A DNA stretch of 64,000 nucleotides from Nanobdellota archaeon (GTDB lineage Archaea; Nanobdellota; Nanobdellia; Pacearchaeales; GW2011-AR1), in assembly GCA_038046005.1 (NCBI GenBank), contig JBBSXB010000001.1:1-64000 (forward strand), in the 5' to 3' direction. Under the pieces are notes generated by a model. It had not been told where the DNA came from. It was given only the letters and a program-made list of their open reading frames with translations, and searched no databases. Of the stretch, positions 36,934 to 47,547 are shown in pieces. A program made the position numbers and the translations under genes. The stretch's first letter is position 1, and every line of letters begins with the position of its first letter.

Positions 36934-39606
36934 ATGAAAATTAATTTCAAAAAAATATCGGCAATTGCAACGAGTGCTATAATGGTCGGTATGACTATGG
37001 GAGTTGCTGCAGCAGCAAATTACCCTGCTCCATTCGTACAAGGAGGAGCAGCAAATGCGGCTGTAGTATATGGTACCGGAAGCGGAGTTTCAATTCTAGA
37101 TGCTATTGAAGCAGGAAACATTCAAACAGACCTGCAAAGATATCTAGCATCCTCTACAGGAGCTACTGGTGCAACAACCAGTGGTGAAACAATATCATTA
37201 GATACAAGCGCAACAAGAATATGGTTGAACACATCGTTAAACACTGCTAAAACACAGTTAACGAAAGTAGATCTTCCAAAGGTTCTTGCAGACTACACTT
37301 TCTCTGGAAATGTTGACTCAAAATTGACATCCACTGTAAAGTTGGTTGCTGGCGCTAACGCTGGAACGGAAAATTCTGGAAAAGTAATTTTCGGAAAAAT
37401 ACCAACTTCAAGCTCAGACCCTCAAGTAGGAGTCAGCTTAGGAAGCAGTCAAACCTCTAACCCATTATATAATGCCTCAGCAACAATGGCTGCAGTTAAT
37501 TTCACTCATGCAGATTCAGAAGGACAACCAATAGTATTGTTTGGACAAAAGTTTACTATCGCTGCTTCAACAGACACTACCAAAATAGTGTTATTGAAAG
37601 AGGCACAAAAACTTAGTCTTGATGACAAGAATCCTTCAGCAACAGTTACCATCGGAGGACAGACATACACAGTTGAAATGATGTCTGCATCTACTACATC
37701 TGCTACAATAAAAGTAACAGATAGCAGTGGAAATAGTGACTCTAGAGAAATTAGTGAAGCAGCAGATAAGAAAGTCCAAGGGCTTAATATCGCCGTAATA
37801 AACGCAGACTCAAATAACTTAAAGTTATCTGCAACAATAATTGCAGGAGCTCAGAAAGTGACTTTAACTAATGGGGCTACAGTTACTACAGGAGATAATG
37901 ATGATCCTATAAACGGGGCTTATGCTTACATTGTTGGTGGAACAGGTGCAACTACTGAAATCGCTATTGCTGTATTCAGACCAGACTCAAGTAATGATGC
38001 AATCCTAGAAGGGCAAAGCTTTACAGACCCTGTATTTGGATCATTCAAACTTGATTTTGCTGGATTGAGTACACCTTTGAATAGCTCGGCAAGAGACCAA
38101 ATTATTGTTGCTCCTTCGGGAGACACAAACATGGCCTTAACAATGACTGATGATGGTGGAAACACAAAAACAGTGGAATTCGCACACAACCAGTCTAGCC
38201 AGTGGTTCTTAGGAGACAGTAATAACAATAGTATCGGAACAATAGAAATGGCAAACCTTTCCCTAGGTACAAATGGGAGAAAGTTTGTTGTTCTTGGAAA
38301 CCAGGAATATGGACATTTACTTGAATTGTATGACATGTACAATCAAACAACAGGATCTAACTCTATTACAAACGATAGGGCAAGATTCAGAGATGCCTTT
38401 TCCGGAGATACATATGATACAGTATTTGTAACCACAGAAGGTCAAGGTACTCTTGATGTTGAAGGTAAGAGATATACAGTTAACTTTACAGGTGATGGGG
38501 ATACTGCTTGGGCAATGGTAAAATACCCAACAACAGATTCTGCAGCCGGAGAGTATGTAGCTTTCCCTACAATAAAAGCTAAAGGCAATGAGTTAGTAAT
38601 GTTGTATCAACCTACGCTAATCAATTTGACAGGGCATGAAGGAGGTCACGTAGATGTGACTAAATTATGGTTCCCTGACGGAGATGGCTATACGGGGGTT
38701 GCTATAACGATTAGTAACGGATCAGCAAATAATGAAGTGTGGGGATTTGGTGGATCTCTTTTAAACACCTCGCAAGCTAGTGGTGCAAACAGTACAACTG
38801 CTACAATTGGTAAGTATATTGTGAACTTCTCATCTACAGGAACTGCAAATCAGACCAAAATCCAGATTGCAAATCCTGAAAGTACCGGAGTATCGCTTAA
38901 AGAGCCGGGAGTAATCATCTTTGAAGGTAAAGGTGATACAAGTACAAACGACTATCATGTTATAGCCGTTGACTTGGAAAATGCTCCTGCTGGAACAAGC
39001 AACGACGGTGTAGGAGTTAGCGACATATTGTTCTCATCTCCAACGCATTGGGAAGCAACAAGAGCAAGTGATAGTGATATCACCGATCATGTTGACTACT
39101 TTGGAACACTCGCTTCGCAAGATTCAAACACAGCAAGTAAGGTAAAAGCTACGTTAAGTTTCCCACCAAGTCAAACATATGCACAGTTGTATATGGGTGA
39201 AAAAGCCTCCAGCGTAACAGCTGGAACAACAGGCAGTAGTGGATCCTCAACCCCATTAGGAGAAATCCTAGTTAAGGATAGTGAGGTATCTTCAGTAGCT
39301 ACAAAGAACTTAATAGTTGTTGGTGGAAGCTGTATAAATTCAGCTGCTGCTACACTAGTAGGTGGAGCTTTCTGCGGTGCTGATTGGACTGGTAAGACAG
39401 GAGTTGGAGCAGGACAGTTCTGGATTAAGGGATATGCTACAAGCACCCTTACATCAAGCGGTAAAGTCGCATTACTTGTTGCAGGTTACAACGCAGCAGA
39501 TACAGTAAATGCAGCTAAGTATCTAAGAACGCAAGTTGTAGATACAAGCAAGGCTTACTTAGGAACTTCCGCTACAAGTGCCACTTTGGTTACTTCGACA
39601 GCTTAA
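36934..39606 (+). CDS. S-layer protein
   Basis: FKKISAIATSA..AANYPAPFV N-terminus; NLIVVGGSCINS..LLVAGY C-terminal domain; Thr/Ser/Gly-rich with many N-x-S/T sites. Confidence 0.88.
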   Translation: MKINFKKISAIATSAIMVGMTMGVAAAANYPAPFVQGGAANAAVVYGTGSGVSILDAIEAGNIQTDLQRYLASSTGATGATTSGETISLDTSATRIWLNTSLNTAKTQLTKVDLPKVLADYTFSGNVDSKLTSTVKLVAGANAGTENSGKVIFGKIPTSSSDPQVGVSLGSSQTSNPLYNASATMAAVNFTHADSEGQPIVLFGQKFTIAASTDTTKIVLLKEAQKLSLDDKNPSATVTIGGQTYTVEMMSASTTSATIKVTDSSGNSDSREISEAADKKVQGLNIAVINADSNNLKLSATIIAGAQKVTLTNGATVTTGDNDDPINGAYAYIVGGTGATTEIAIAVFRPDSSNDAILEGQSFTDPVFGSFKLDFAGLSTPLNSSARDQIIVAPSGDTNMALTMTDDGGNTKTVEFAHNQSSQWFLGDSNNNSIGTIEMANLSLGTNGRKFVVLGNQEYGHLLELYDMYNQTTGSNSITNDRARFRDAFSGDTYDTVFVTTEGQGTLDVEGKRYTVNFTGDGDTAWAMVKYPTTDSAAGEYVAFPTIKAKGNELVMLYQPTLINLTGHEGGHVDVTKLWFPDGDGYTGVAITISNGSANNEVWGFGGSLLNTSQASGANSTTATIGKYIVNFSSTGTANQTKIQIANPESTGVSLKEPGVIIFEGKGDTSTNDYHVIAVDLENAPAGTSNDGVGVSDILFSSPTHWEATRASDSDITDHVDYFGTLASQDSNTASKVKATLSFPPSQTYAQLYMGEKASSVTAGTTGSSGSSTPLGEILVKDSEVSSVATKNLIVVGGSCINSAAATLVGGAFCGADWTGKTGVGAGQFWIKGYATSTLTSSGKVALLVAGYNAADTVNAAKYLRTQVVDTSKAYLGTSATSATLVTSTA

Positions 39607-39643
39607 TTTTTTATTTTTATTTTTATTTTTCTTTTATTTTTTG
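39607..39643 (+). terminator. Oligo-T archaeal terminator after the S-layer gene
   Basis: Repeated T5-6 tracts immediately after the stop. Confidence 0.55.
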
Positions 39644-39735
39644 TATCCTGTGAGAACTATAGAAATTTTAAAGCATCAGAAATCTTTTTATAGTATAAAC
39701 ATGAATTTATTAAAGGTAAGAAAGCTCAGAATAAA

Positions 39736-40314
39736 ATGAGAAAAATAACATCTAAAGAGGACGAAGAGAAAAAAAGAAAGAGAAACCAGCTTATTGTCGG
39801 TTTTATTTTAGCTTTTGTTATGATAGTGAGTACTTTGGGTTTTGCATTTCAAAGCCAGGACACTAGCAACACAAATTCAGGAAAAATCAAGTACAACGAT
39901 TACGAATTTTTAAATCAAAACGGACTTTGGCATACTACTTTAGGAAATTATCAATTTGCATTTGCATACAACCCTAATCAGGTAGAAAAAATAAATTCGC
40001 AAGTTAATCTGCTGAATAACTATGTGGCCGAGCCGATTTACATTTCTTCGCAAAGCTATGACAGTGAGAGTGAGATTTACAGAAACCTTGACCAAATTGT
40101 TTTGAGAAGACAATACGCTTGCTTGGAAAACGAGACTTGTCTTGACAAAAATTTCCCAATAAAAACATGTGAGGATAATTTTATAATAATTGAAGAGTCA
40201 AATGTCAGTGAAATAACACAGCGACAAAATTGTGTTTTCATAAAGGGCAAACTTGAGAATTTGCCAAAGATTACTGATGAATTTCTGTTCAAAATTTTGG
40301 GCATAGAAAAGTAA
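39736..40314 (+). CDS. Membrane-anchored hypothetical protein
   Basis: Basic N-terminus, single TM, extracellular Cys pairs. Confidence 0.75.
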   Translation: MRKITSKEDEEKKRKRNQLIVGFILAFVMIVSTLGFAFQSQDTSNTNSGKIKYNDYEFLNQNGLWHTTLGNYQFAFAYNPNQVEKINSQVNLLNNYVAEPIYISSQSYDSESEIYRNLDQIVLRRQYACLENETCLDKNFPIKTCEDNFIIIEESNVSEITQRQNCVFIKGKLENLPKITDEFLFKILGIEK

Positions 40315-40369
40315 TTCGAAAGGCTTATAAAATAAAGATTATAGAGAAAATAATCTCTTGCAAATTAAA

Positions 40370-41086
40370 ATGGAAAAAAAAGAAACTGATAAACTAAGTG
40401 TTCCAAAAGAAGATTTAAACAAAGCAGCGGCACCAACCAAGGTAGACAATGAAAACAAAACATTAAGAAATCTTTTCATAATCGTCGGTGTTTTAGTTGT
40501 TTTCTTTATTGTTTGGATAGTCGTGAGCAAGGAAAGCAATAAATTCGAGTATAATGGAGTCAAATTCGAGAGAGTCAAAGAGATAGCCCCATACCGGACA
40601 AGCCTTCCCATTCTTATGAAAGACCCGATTACTGGAGCAACAAGTCAAGTTCCATATTATTTTTACCTGAGGAAAGATCCAAAAATTTCTGGAGAAGTTG
40701 TTTTCAATGGAACTTTAAACATAAAGAAAAACATGGTCATAGCTAGCGATGCAGAATTAAACTGCGGCGGTGACGGAATCATATCTGTGGCAAATCTTGC
40801 AAAACTTTATGGTGTTTTGGGAACAAAGGTCATAAAAGATGAAAATGCGGGCTGCGACCCACCTGGAAACTTTATGTATGTCAATATGTCCATATCGAAT
40901 GAGACAAGAATAGACCAGTATGGGCCGGCATGTTATTCAATAAAAATAAAGAATTGTGAGGTATTGGATGCAACAGAAAGATTCATGGTAGAGACATTTG
41001 TTAAAGTTAATGACCTTGTTGCTGATGCGATCAGAGCGAAAAGTTCTTTAGGCAACACGAATAATTCTAGTAATGTTACTGTTTAA
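40370..41086 (+). CDS. Membrane-anchored hypothetical protein
   Basis: Single TM followed by FEYNG..; similar architecture to the upstream gene. Confidence 0.75.
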   Translation: MEKKETDKLSVPKEDLNKAAAPTKVDNENKTLRNLFIIVGVLVVFFIVWIVVSKESNKFEYNGVKFERVKEIAPYRTSLPILMKDPITGATSQVPYYFYLRKDPKISGEVVFNGTLNIKKNMVIASDAELNCGGDGIISVANLAKLYGVLGTKVIKDENAGCDPPGNFMYVNMSISNETRIDQYGPACYSIKIKNCEVLDATERFMVETFVKVNDLVADAIRAKSSLGNTNNSSNVTV

Positions 41087-41630
41087 CAAATAATTTTTTC
41101 AAAGAAGATGATTTGTATATAAGTTTTATGTCTGAAATAAATGGAACTGACTTGATTTTAAAAATCATTGCTCCTAAAAACCAAATTCCTACTACGAATA
41201 TGAAACTAAACAAATACAAAAAAGCTTTGTGAGTGAAATCAAAAAACTGCGAGTTTGTATTGATTAAAAATATTAAAATCAATATTCTGGCTATGTTCAG
41301 GATTAAGAAAGAAAGAAACAAGAATAAAAGCAGATAAAATCTTTTTATAATTTTTATTTTTGCTGTTGATAGATTAAGCATCAACAAAAGATAGTACGCT
41401 GACCCAGCTATGCAAGCGTTGATAAGTTCAATTGATGTGTTTGGAAGAATTATTTTGACCCCATTAATTGAAACATTAAAAAATAAACTTAGAATAAAAT
41501 AAACTGGATAAAGTGTTATTGGAGTAAAAATTGTATATAAATATTTTATGAAAAATAATCCTACAACCAACAGAATTATGTATCTGAATGAAATGTCTAA
41601 TATCTCTAAACTCGTCTTTTTCATTTTCAT
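41076..41630 (-). CDS. Archaeosortase/exosortase-family protein (pacearchaeosortase-like)
   Basis: Multi-TM with putative catalytic C (INACIAG), R (NIARI) and H (FTHK). Confidence 0.75.
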   Translation of the reverse strand: MKMKKTSLEILDISFRYIILLVVGLFFIKYLYTIFTPITLYPVYFILSLFFNVSINGVKIILPNTSIELINACIAGSAYYLLLMLNLSTAKIKIIKRFYLLLFLFLSFLILNIARILILIFLINTNSQFFDFTHKAFLYLFSFIFVVGIWFLGAMIFKIKSVPFISDIKLIYKSSSLKKLFVKQ

Positions 41631-41672
41631 TAAATGGGAAATCTATTTAAATAATTTGATACTGGTAATGAA

Positions 41673-42293
41673 ATGAACAAAAAAAGAGTCGCATTAGGTT
41701 TTATCATGTTGGCAGTCATTATGATAATATTCTTTAAGTTTGATAATGAAATTGCAATATTTTTTGAGAGTATTAGAATAAGTTTTCTGAGTGAAATTTT
41801 TTTGGGAATAACATTTGTCAGCTCAGAAATAATAATTTTCTTTTTCCTTACAAGCCTCTTTCTTTGGCAAGAACACAAAAGAAAATGGATTCTTCCATTA
41901 TGGATTACACTTTTATTCTCAGCAATAGTTGGTTTTTTGTTGAAAATCTCTGTGCAAAGACTTAGACCTTATCAGATTGGAATTGTAAGCATTTTCCCAG
42001 CACTAAAAGAAACGGCTCATTATGTCTGGGACTTTTCTTTCCCTTCTTTTAATACGATGCTAGTTTTTTGTGCACTCCCAATCTTGTCAAAAGAATTTCC
42101 AAAGATGAAGTATTTTTGGATAACATTTGCAACAATTGTTGGATTGTCTAGGATTTATTTTGGACTGCATTTCGCAAGTGATGTCTTAGCTGGCGCAGTT
42201 TTGGGATATTTAATTGGAATTGGAGTATTAAAATTAGAAAAAGAAACAAAGTTTTCTGAGAAAATTTATAATAGGATTAGAAAGAGGAAATGA
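41673..42293 (+). CDS. PAP2-family phosphatase
   Basis: K-x6-RP, SFPS, SRIYFGLHFASDV. Confidence 0.9.
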   Translation: MNKKRVALGFIMLAVIMIIFFKFDNEIAIFFESIRISFLSEIFLGITFVSSEIIIFFFLTSLFLWQEHKRKWILPLWITLLFSAIVGFLLKISVQRLRPYQIGIVSIFPALKETAHYVWDFSFPSFNTMLVFCALPILSKEFPKMKYFWITFATIVGLSRIYFGLHFASDVLAGAVLGYLIGIGVLKLEKETKFSEKIYNRIRKRK

Positions 42294-42295
42294 AA

Positions 42296-42754
42296 TTATT
42301 TTGAAGTCCTTAATCGTTCAAATTCTTGCTTAAGCCAAGGAATGTAAAAATCCAACCCTATCTTTTGTCTTTCAGCTAAGGCTTTGATTATTTCTTCTTC
42401 ACCTACGAATGCAGATTCTGCTACATAAGTCGTGATTGGTTCTAAAGAAATATTTGGCATTCTGACTATTTCAAGATCGGGAGAATATAATCCTATTGTT
42501 CCTCTATTAGTTAAAAGATATTTTTTGACTTCACTATTATTAGAAAAGATTAAGTATAAATCTTCAGCGACCCCACAGGGATTTGGCAGCTTTCCAGCCA
42601 TAAGTTTTTCTTTAGCTTGAGTGATTAAAAAAGGTGGTGTAAGCACTTCATTCGAGGAGTTATCAAAAGCAACAAAATCTCCAGGATTGATGTCTAAATC
42701 TTCAAGGCTTCTTCCATCACCATAAACAATCCTTTTAACTAGCTCGTTAGACAT
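42296..42754 (-). CDS. Orphan hypothetical protein
   Basis: 152-aa ORF, TAATG-coupled to the upstream gene. Confidence 0.6.
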   Translation of the reverse strand: MSNELVKRIVYGDGRSLEDLDINPGDFVAFDNSSNEVLTPPFLITQAKEKLMAGKLPNPCGVAEDLYLIFSNNSEVKKYLLTNRGTIGLYSPDLEIVRMPNISLEPITTYVAESAFVGEEEIIKALAERQKIGLDFYIPWLKQEFERLRTSK

Positions 42755-44490
42755 TATTTTTTAAGAATAATTTTATTTTTTCTTGTAACTCTTATTGCAA
42801 CAACTATGATTAATATGACTAACACAAGATTAACAAGCCCCAAAACCCACAAATACCAATTGTCTCCGAACAATCCTGAAAGACTTGTTTTTGATCCTGT
42901 AATGAATATTGAAACTGGCTGATTTGCTACAAGCTGGTTTCCTGATGTTGCTTCTATATTGAATAATTGATCACCCGAAGCATCTTCCTTCACGTCGAAA
43001 ACAAATTTAACGTTTCCAGATTGGCCTGGAGATAGGGTCAATGAATCTTTGTCCAGGTTTACAGAGTTAGCCCATTGCGCAAAGCCCACAGCATTTAATG
43101 ATAATAATAGTTGTTTATTTCCAGTATTAGTTATAACTGCATTTATTGACAAAGGCTGTCCGGCTTTTCCGCCCGATGCAAGGTCTGCTGAAACTACAAC
43201 GGTGTCTCCTGTCTCTGATGGAGTACTACAGGATCCGACCTTGAATAAAATTGAGTAAATTGCCTCATCATTATTTTTGTTTTCAAAAACATTTGAATCT
43301 TCGTCATATACATAAAAGCTTGCTATGTAACTTTTAGGAGTTGTGTTTTGGGGGATAGGAATCTGAAAATCAACTTTTTTGCTGTCAAATGAATTTATGC
43401 TTCCAACATCAAAAATCTTTTTGAAATCGCCCAAGTCTTTAACAGCAACACCAACAGTTATCTTGTCTTGGTCTCTTGTCCCTATATTCCATGTATTAGC
43501 AGATATTGTCAAAGTATCCCCGCAGGACACGGTGTCTGGAACTTTAAAGTCTGTTAAGGTTACAAAATCTCTATCAATGATCATTTCAATATCTCTTGAA
43601 GTATAATCACAAGTCCTGTTCCCTTTAAAATCTCCTTGGTCTATGTCGCCGATTATTCTAGCATAAATAATATAGTTGTGGTTTCTGTCTAAGTCAGTTA
43701 GATCAACGTCTAAATCACTTTCATCAACAGTAAGAGAAATTGTGTAAGTATCCTCATCTCCATCACTAAGGTCAAAATTATCTTCTTCGCTAACTTCTTT
43801 TATCCAGTCTCCAGCATCCTGGTCATATATACCCCATTCAAGAGAAATGTCAGTTACATCATCATTTGCATCATTATTTTCTACTTTTATTTCAAATTCA
43901 ACTTCATCAAAAGGATACCATTTTCCACCACTTCCAGATCCACTTTTTACATCAAGATTATGAATGCTAACACCCAAATTTCCTTGATTTTCGCTAACTC
44001 CATGGCTGTAAACACAAAAATTTCCGGAAGTTTTGAAATCATCGTTGTTGGTTGAAGATTGAGTTACTGTAAGAATGATTGGCAAACTAAAAAAACTATA
44101 ATTAGTGTCATTTGTGTATTTTCCCGAAAGAATTAAATTCCCAGTATATGTCCCTATTGGTTGATTAGGGGGGACATTGAATGCTAAAGACATAGACCCA
44201 CTAGTTGTATTTTGATTTAAAGAAGGTATTACCCCACTTATGATTGACACTGAGTTAAGAGGGTTAGATGAGTCTTTAGCTAATGTTATGGGAGTGTTAA
44301 AAGTTATATTAGCCAAATTACCCTGCCCACTTTCTTTTGCTTGAAAAGAAACTATAACAGAATTACCCTGCATTACAGTAGTTGCAGTGTTTGCAGTGTT
44401 AACAAAAGCTACTGCCGCACTAGTTAATCCACTAAAAGCTGCAATTAACATTAATCCAGCAAAAATTAAAAGTAAATTCTTGTTTTTCAT
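42754..44490 (-). CDS. Putative second S-layer/surface protein with Ig-like (CARDB-like) domains and C-terminal TM
   Basis: Signal peptide, acidic beta-rich domains, WNIG/TNTG, WYLW..TM-basic tail. Confidence 0.8.
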   Translation of the reverse strand: MKNKNLLLIFAGLMLIAAFSGLTSAAVAFVNTANTATTVMQGNSVIVSFQAKESGQGNLANITFNTPITLAKDSSNPLNSVSIISGVIPSLNQNTTSGSMSLAFNVPPNQPIGTYTGNLILSGKYTNDTNYSFFSLPIILTVTQSSTNNDDFKTSGNFCVYSHGVSENQGNLGVSIHNLDVKSGSGSGGKWYPFDEVEFEIKVENNDANDDVTDISLEWGIYDQDAGDWIKEVSEEDNFDLSDGDEDTYTISLTVDESDLDVDLTDLDRNHNYIIYARIIGDIDQGDFKGNRTCDYTSRDIEMIIDRDFVTLTDFKVPDTVSCGDTLTISANTWNIGTRDQDKITVGVAVKDLGDFKKIFDVGSINSFDSKKVDFQIPIPQNTTPKSYIASFYVYDEDSNVFENKNNDEAIYSILFKVGSCSTPSETGDTVVVSADLASGGKAGQPLSINAVITNTGNKQLLLSLNAVGFAQWANSVNLDKDSLTLSPGQSGNVKFVFDVKEDASGDQLFNIEATSGNQLVANQPVSIFITGSKTSLSGLFGDNWYLWVLGLVNLVLVILIIVVAIRVTRKNKIILKK

Positions 44491-44621
44491 GTGTAATCAT
44501 TCCGCAGTTACTATGATTTATAAGCTTTTCTATTCAGTCAAATATAGGTTTGAAAAGAATTCTTGCAATGATAACAAAAATTTATATATTTCAATAGCAT
44601 GAGGATTTTGGTTGTATTAAA

Positions 44622-45014
44622 ATGCCAATTAGATCTCATGAAAATTCTGTCGGAGCATGGACTTTCCTAATAGGAGTTATTTTAGCTATAGTAATAGGCA
44701 TAACAACATCTTCTTTTCTCCCCATACCAACAATAAAAGCTTACAGTGCACAGATTTATGGAGTTTTAGTTTTGTTAGGATTAATTGTTGGATTCTCAAT
44801 AAAAGTCTCAAGCAAAGATTCGGAAACTTTTTTGATTGCTGGAGCAGTATTAGTCATTGTAAGTAAATTTGGAATGGAAAGTGTGACTGGATCATTGATA
44901 GGAATAGGGATTGGAGATACTGTCTCGTCAACTTTCGCAGCGTTGTTAGCATTATTTGTTCCTGCAACAATAGTTGTGGCAATAAAAAGAGTTTTCTTTG
45001 CAGCCAATATATAA
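44622..45014 (+). CDS. Membrane protein, hypothetical
   Basis: Four TM segments. Confidence 0.75.
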   Translation: MPIRSHENSVGAWTFLIGVILAIVIGITTSSFLPIPTIKAYSAQIYGVLVLLGLIVGFSIKVSSKDSETFLIAGAVLVIVSKFGMESVTGSLIGIGIGDTVSSTFAALLALFVPATIVVAIKRVFFAANI

Positions 45015-45076
45015 TGGGTAATCTTGCGGGATGAGGACTGGATAAGTTTTAAATAAGAAAGATTTTCTTGCAGAGT

Positions 45077-45490
45077 ATGAAACTTAAAAAAATCCCAAAA
45101 ATAATTCAGAACGTTGAAACTTTTTTTTGGGGGTCCATGTTAATTGGTGGAGAAGTTATGCAAGAGCTTGCTAGTCATGGAGGAACAGAGTATAATTGGA
45201 GTGTTGGCCATCTTTCAGATATTGGTGCATCTGGAATGTACACTGCATTGTATTTAATGGAAGCAGACAAAAGAAAAAATAAACTTACTATTGCCCTGGG
45301 AATTCCTACACTCTTTTCTGTAGTGGAAGTAATGAGCCCTTTAATGACTAAACATTTCCCCCATCCATTTAGATATGATTATCAAGACATAATTTGTTAT
45401 TGGGGAGCATCATTTGTAGCCCTAGGAATAAAAGAATTATCAGAAAAGTTGTTTGATAAAAAATCTAGTTTAGAAAGTATGGCCAAATAA
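45077..45490 (+). CDS. Orphan membrane protein
   Basis: Hydrophobic segments, YDYQDII motif. Confidence 0.6.
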   Translation: MKLKKIPKIIQNVETFFWGSMLIGGEVMQELASHGGTEYNWSVGHLSDIGASGMYTALYLMEADKRKNKLTIALGIPTLFSVVEVMSPLMTKHFPHPFRYDYQDIICYWGASFVALGIKELSEKLFDKKSSLESMAK

Positions 45491-45497
45491 AGTAAGA

Positions 45498-46325
45498 CTA
45501 CTCGCCTCTTCTTAATCTCATGAGATTTCTTTCGTCATCCACAAGTTTTTTCTTAGCCTGTTCTATTTTTCCTGCATTCTTTAGCTTGTTTATTTCAACT
45601 TGTGCTTCTTTTAGCTTTTTTTCTGCTTCTGCCAAAGACACACCATAACCTTCATTCATTCTGTGTTTTCTTTCTTCTAAGAAATCGCTCAACTTTCTAA
45701 CTTGGGGCCCTTTAACTTCTTTCCTTGGTTCATATTGTCCATTTCTCTTTTTTAAAACAAAGACACCTAAAAAGAAAATGCCTCCAATTGCTACTAAACC
45801 TATAAAGAAATAAAGAAATTGTTTTGAAAAAGATCCTTTACTTGTATCTTCAGAAGTGGAAAATCCTGTTAATCCTAGTTGTGGAGAAGCTGAAGAATTA
45901 TTTGAAGACGCAATTTGTTGAGAAACATTAACTTCTGGTTGGGTCGAATTTGCTGTATTGATTGTGTTTGAAGTATTAGCTGTAATTGGTTTGACATAAC
46001 TATCTGGGTAAACATCTAAGTTTATTGTTGAACCAATACCATAGTCATCAAATCTTTTGTAAACAATTACTTCATTATTTTTCTTAACCCAAACTTTAAG
46101 ATCTATTTTGTCCGTGTTATTTATTTCCAATGTCGCTGAAAATTTACCATCTGTGTCGGAAACGCCATAAATGCTTTGTATTAGGTCATAAAGGGAACCT
46201 GGTTGTATTGCACTCACCATAACATCGTGGTTTGAGAATGTTTGAACATTCACTGTAGTTGAGACAGCACCAACAGAATAAATCGACGTTAAGACTAAAA
46301 ATAAAAATATTACGCTCTTTTTCAT
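45498..46325 (-). CDS. Secreted membrane-anchored protein with Ser/Asn linker and cytoplasmic coiled coil
   Basis: Signal peptide, LTGFS before the TM, charged tail. Confidence 0.75.
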   Translation of the reverse strand: MKKSVIFLFLVLTSIYSVGAVSTTVNVQTFSNHDVMVSAIQPGSLYDLIQSIYGVSDTDGKFSATLEINNTDKIDLKVWVKKNNEVIVYKRFDDYGIGSTINLDVYPDSYVKPITANTSNTINTANSTQPEVNVSQQIASSNNSSASPQLGLTGFSTSEDTSKGSFSKQFLYFFIGLVAIGGIFFLGVFVLKKRNGQYEPRKEVKGPQVRKLSDFLEERKHRMNEGYGVSLAEAEKKLKEAQVEINKLKNAGKIEQAKKKLVDDERNLMRLRRGE

Positions 46326-46377
46326 TATTATAGTACTTTTAAAGTATTTATAAATTTTTTTACACCCAAAGATATAG

Positions 46378-46770
46378 TTAGTAGTCAAACTTTGATCTTT
46401 TTTGCTGATCATCTCTTGGTTTTGGAATATCTTTGTGGATTCTTGCGAAAGAAGGTGTTGCAATGATTACATTGTCTCCGAAACCAGCCACACTTCCATC
46501 AAGTGCATCAACTGTTTTCTTTATTTTAGAAATTGCCCTTTTCAACTCTAAAGGATCTTTCTGTCTTAACACCTTTATGTCTATTAAGGTTATTGTGTAA
46601 CCCTCTCTAAGAGCAGCCAGTATCTCATTAATGTCATCATAAACCCTTAGCATGTACAGTTTTATGAGAACTTTGTGGTCTTTTTGCTCTTGTTCCACAT
46701 CTATTTCCAGATATTCTTCATCAGAACTTGGCTTAGATGAAAATGCTTTTCTTAATTTATCGAACACCAT
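46378..46770 (-). CDS. sepF: Cell division protein SepF
   Basis: LREG..LIDI..LKRAISKIKK..GSVAGF..IIATP. Confidence 0.88.
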   Translation of the reverse strand: MVFDKLRKAFSSKPSSDEEYLEIDVEQEQKDHKVLIKLYMLRVYDDINEILAALREGYTITLIDIKVLRQKDPLELKRAISKIKKTVDALDGSVAGFGDNVIIATPSFARIHKDIPKPRDDQQKRSKFDY

Positions 46771-46821
46771 AGTAATTTGATAAAATCCATGTTTATAAAT
46801 ATTTCGTAAATAAATTGTATA

Positions 46822-47142
46822 TTATTTTGTATCACTAATTATCTCATCTCTGAGCTTTTCCAACCTGTCAGAAAGCGAAGATTCCTGTTTGTCGAGGGAT
46901 TTTAACCTTAAATCTAAGAGCTTTTCCTTGCTTTCAAGCTCTTCTTTAATTTTTTTCTTGTCAGTTTTTATCATCAATTGTCCAATTATCTTAAAAACCT
47001 CGTCTCCAGAATTTTGAAGCTCATTAGATGCTGCGCTTGTCTCTGAAAGTTCCATTTGAAATGCCTGTTTTTGAAGAAGAATGTTCTGCAAACTTTGCTC
47101 TATCAACTGCATCTCTTGCATCTTTTTCTCTGCTTCCACCAT
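46822..47142 (-). CDS. pfdB: Prefoldin beta subunit
   Basis: Coiled coils around VFKIIGQLMIK. Confidence 0.9.
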   Translation of the reverse strand: MVEAEKKMQEMQLIEQSLQNILLQKQAFQMELSETSAASNELQNSGDEVFKIIGQLMIKTDKKKIKEELESKEKLLDLRLKSLDKQESSLSDRLEKLRDEIISDTK

Positions 47143-47143
47143 T

Positions 47144-47281
47144 TTAGTCTGAGCTGACTCTTTTTACTTTGGTTCTTGGCTTAAAAAAAATCTTAGAACC
47201 ACAATGAGGACAGACGAATCTCTTTTGGAGATCTGAGTCGCTTATCTTCTTTCCACACTTGAAACATTTGTATTGAACCAT
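47144..47281 (-). CDS. rpoP: RNA polymerase subunit Rpo12 (P); not in the ORF track
   Basis: MVQYKCFKCG..CPHCGSKIFFKPR, downstream of rpl37ae. Confidence 0.92.
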   Translation of the reverse strand: MVQYKCFKCGKKISDSDLQKRFVCPHCGSKIFFKPRTKVKRVSSD

Positions 47282-47285
47282 TTTA

Positions 47286-47501
47286 TTATAGATAATAAGT
47301 ATTTGAGGCGAATTTTTTTCCGCATTTTTTACAATGCCATATTCCTTTTGAAGTTCTTTTCACACCAAGCTTTCCACAAAAAGGACATTTTTGTTTTTTT
47401 CTCTGTTTTTGTTCTACTTTAACTACTCTGTCCCTTACTCTCTTACCGTATCTTGCACCGAATCTTCCTGCTGATTTTGTTTTTTTTGATTTTGATGGCA
47501 T
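47286..47501 (-). CDS. rpl37ae: 50S ribosomal protein eL43 (L37ae)
   Basis: GRFGARYG, CPFC, GIWHCKKC. Confidence 0.96.
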   Translation of the reverse strand: MPSKSKKTKSAGRFGARYGKRVRDRVVKVEQKQRKKQKCPFCGKLGVKRTSKGIWHCKKCGKKFASNTYYL

Positions 47502-47547
47502 TTTTATTATTAGATATAAATCAAAAATTGCTTTTTAAAGGTTCTGT

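Noticed and set aside
36934-39606. Higher GC of the S-layer gene as evidence of horizontal transfer
   Set aside because: Explained by Ala/Gly/Thr-rich composition and probable high-expression codon usage
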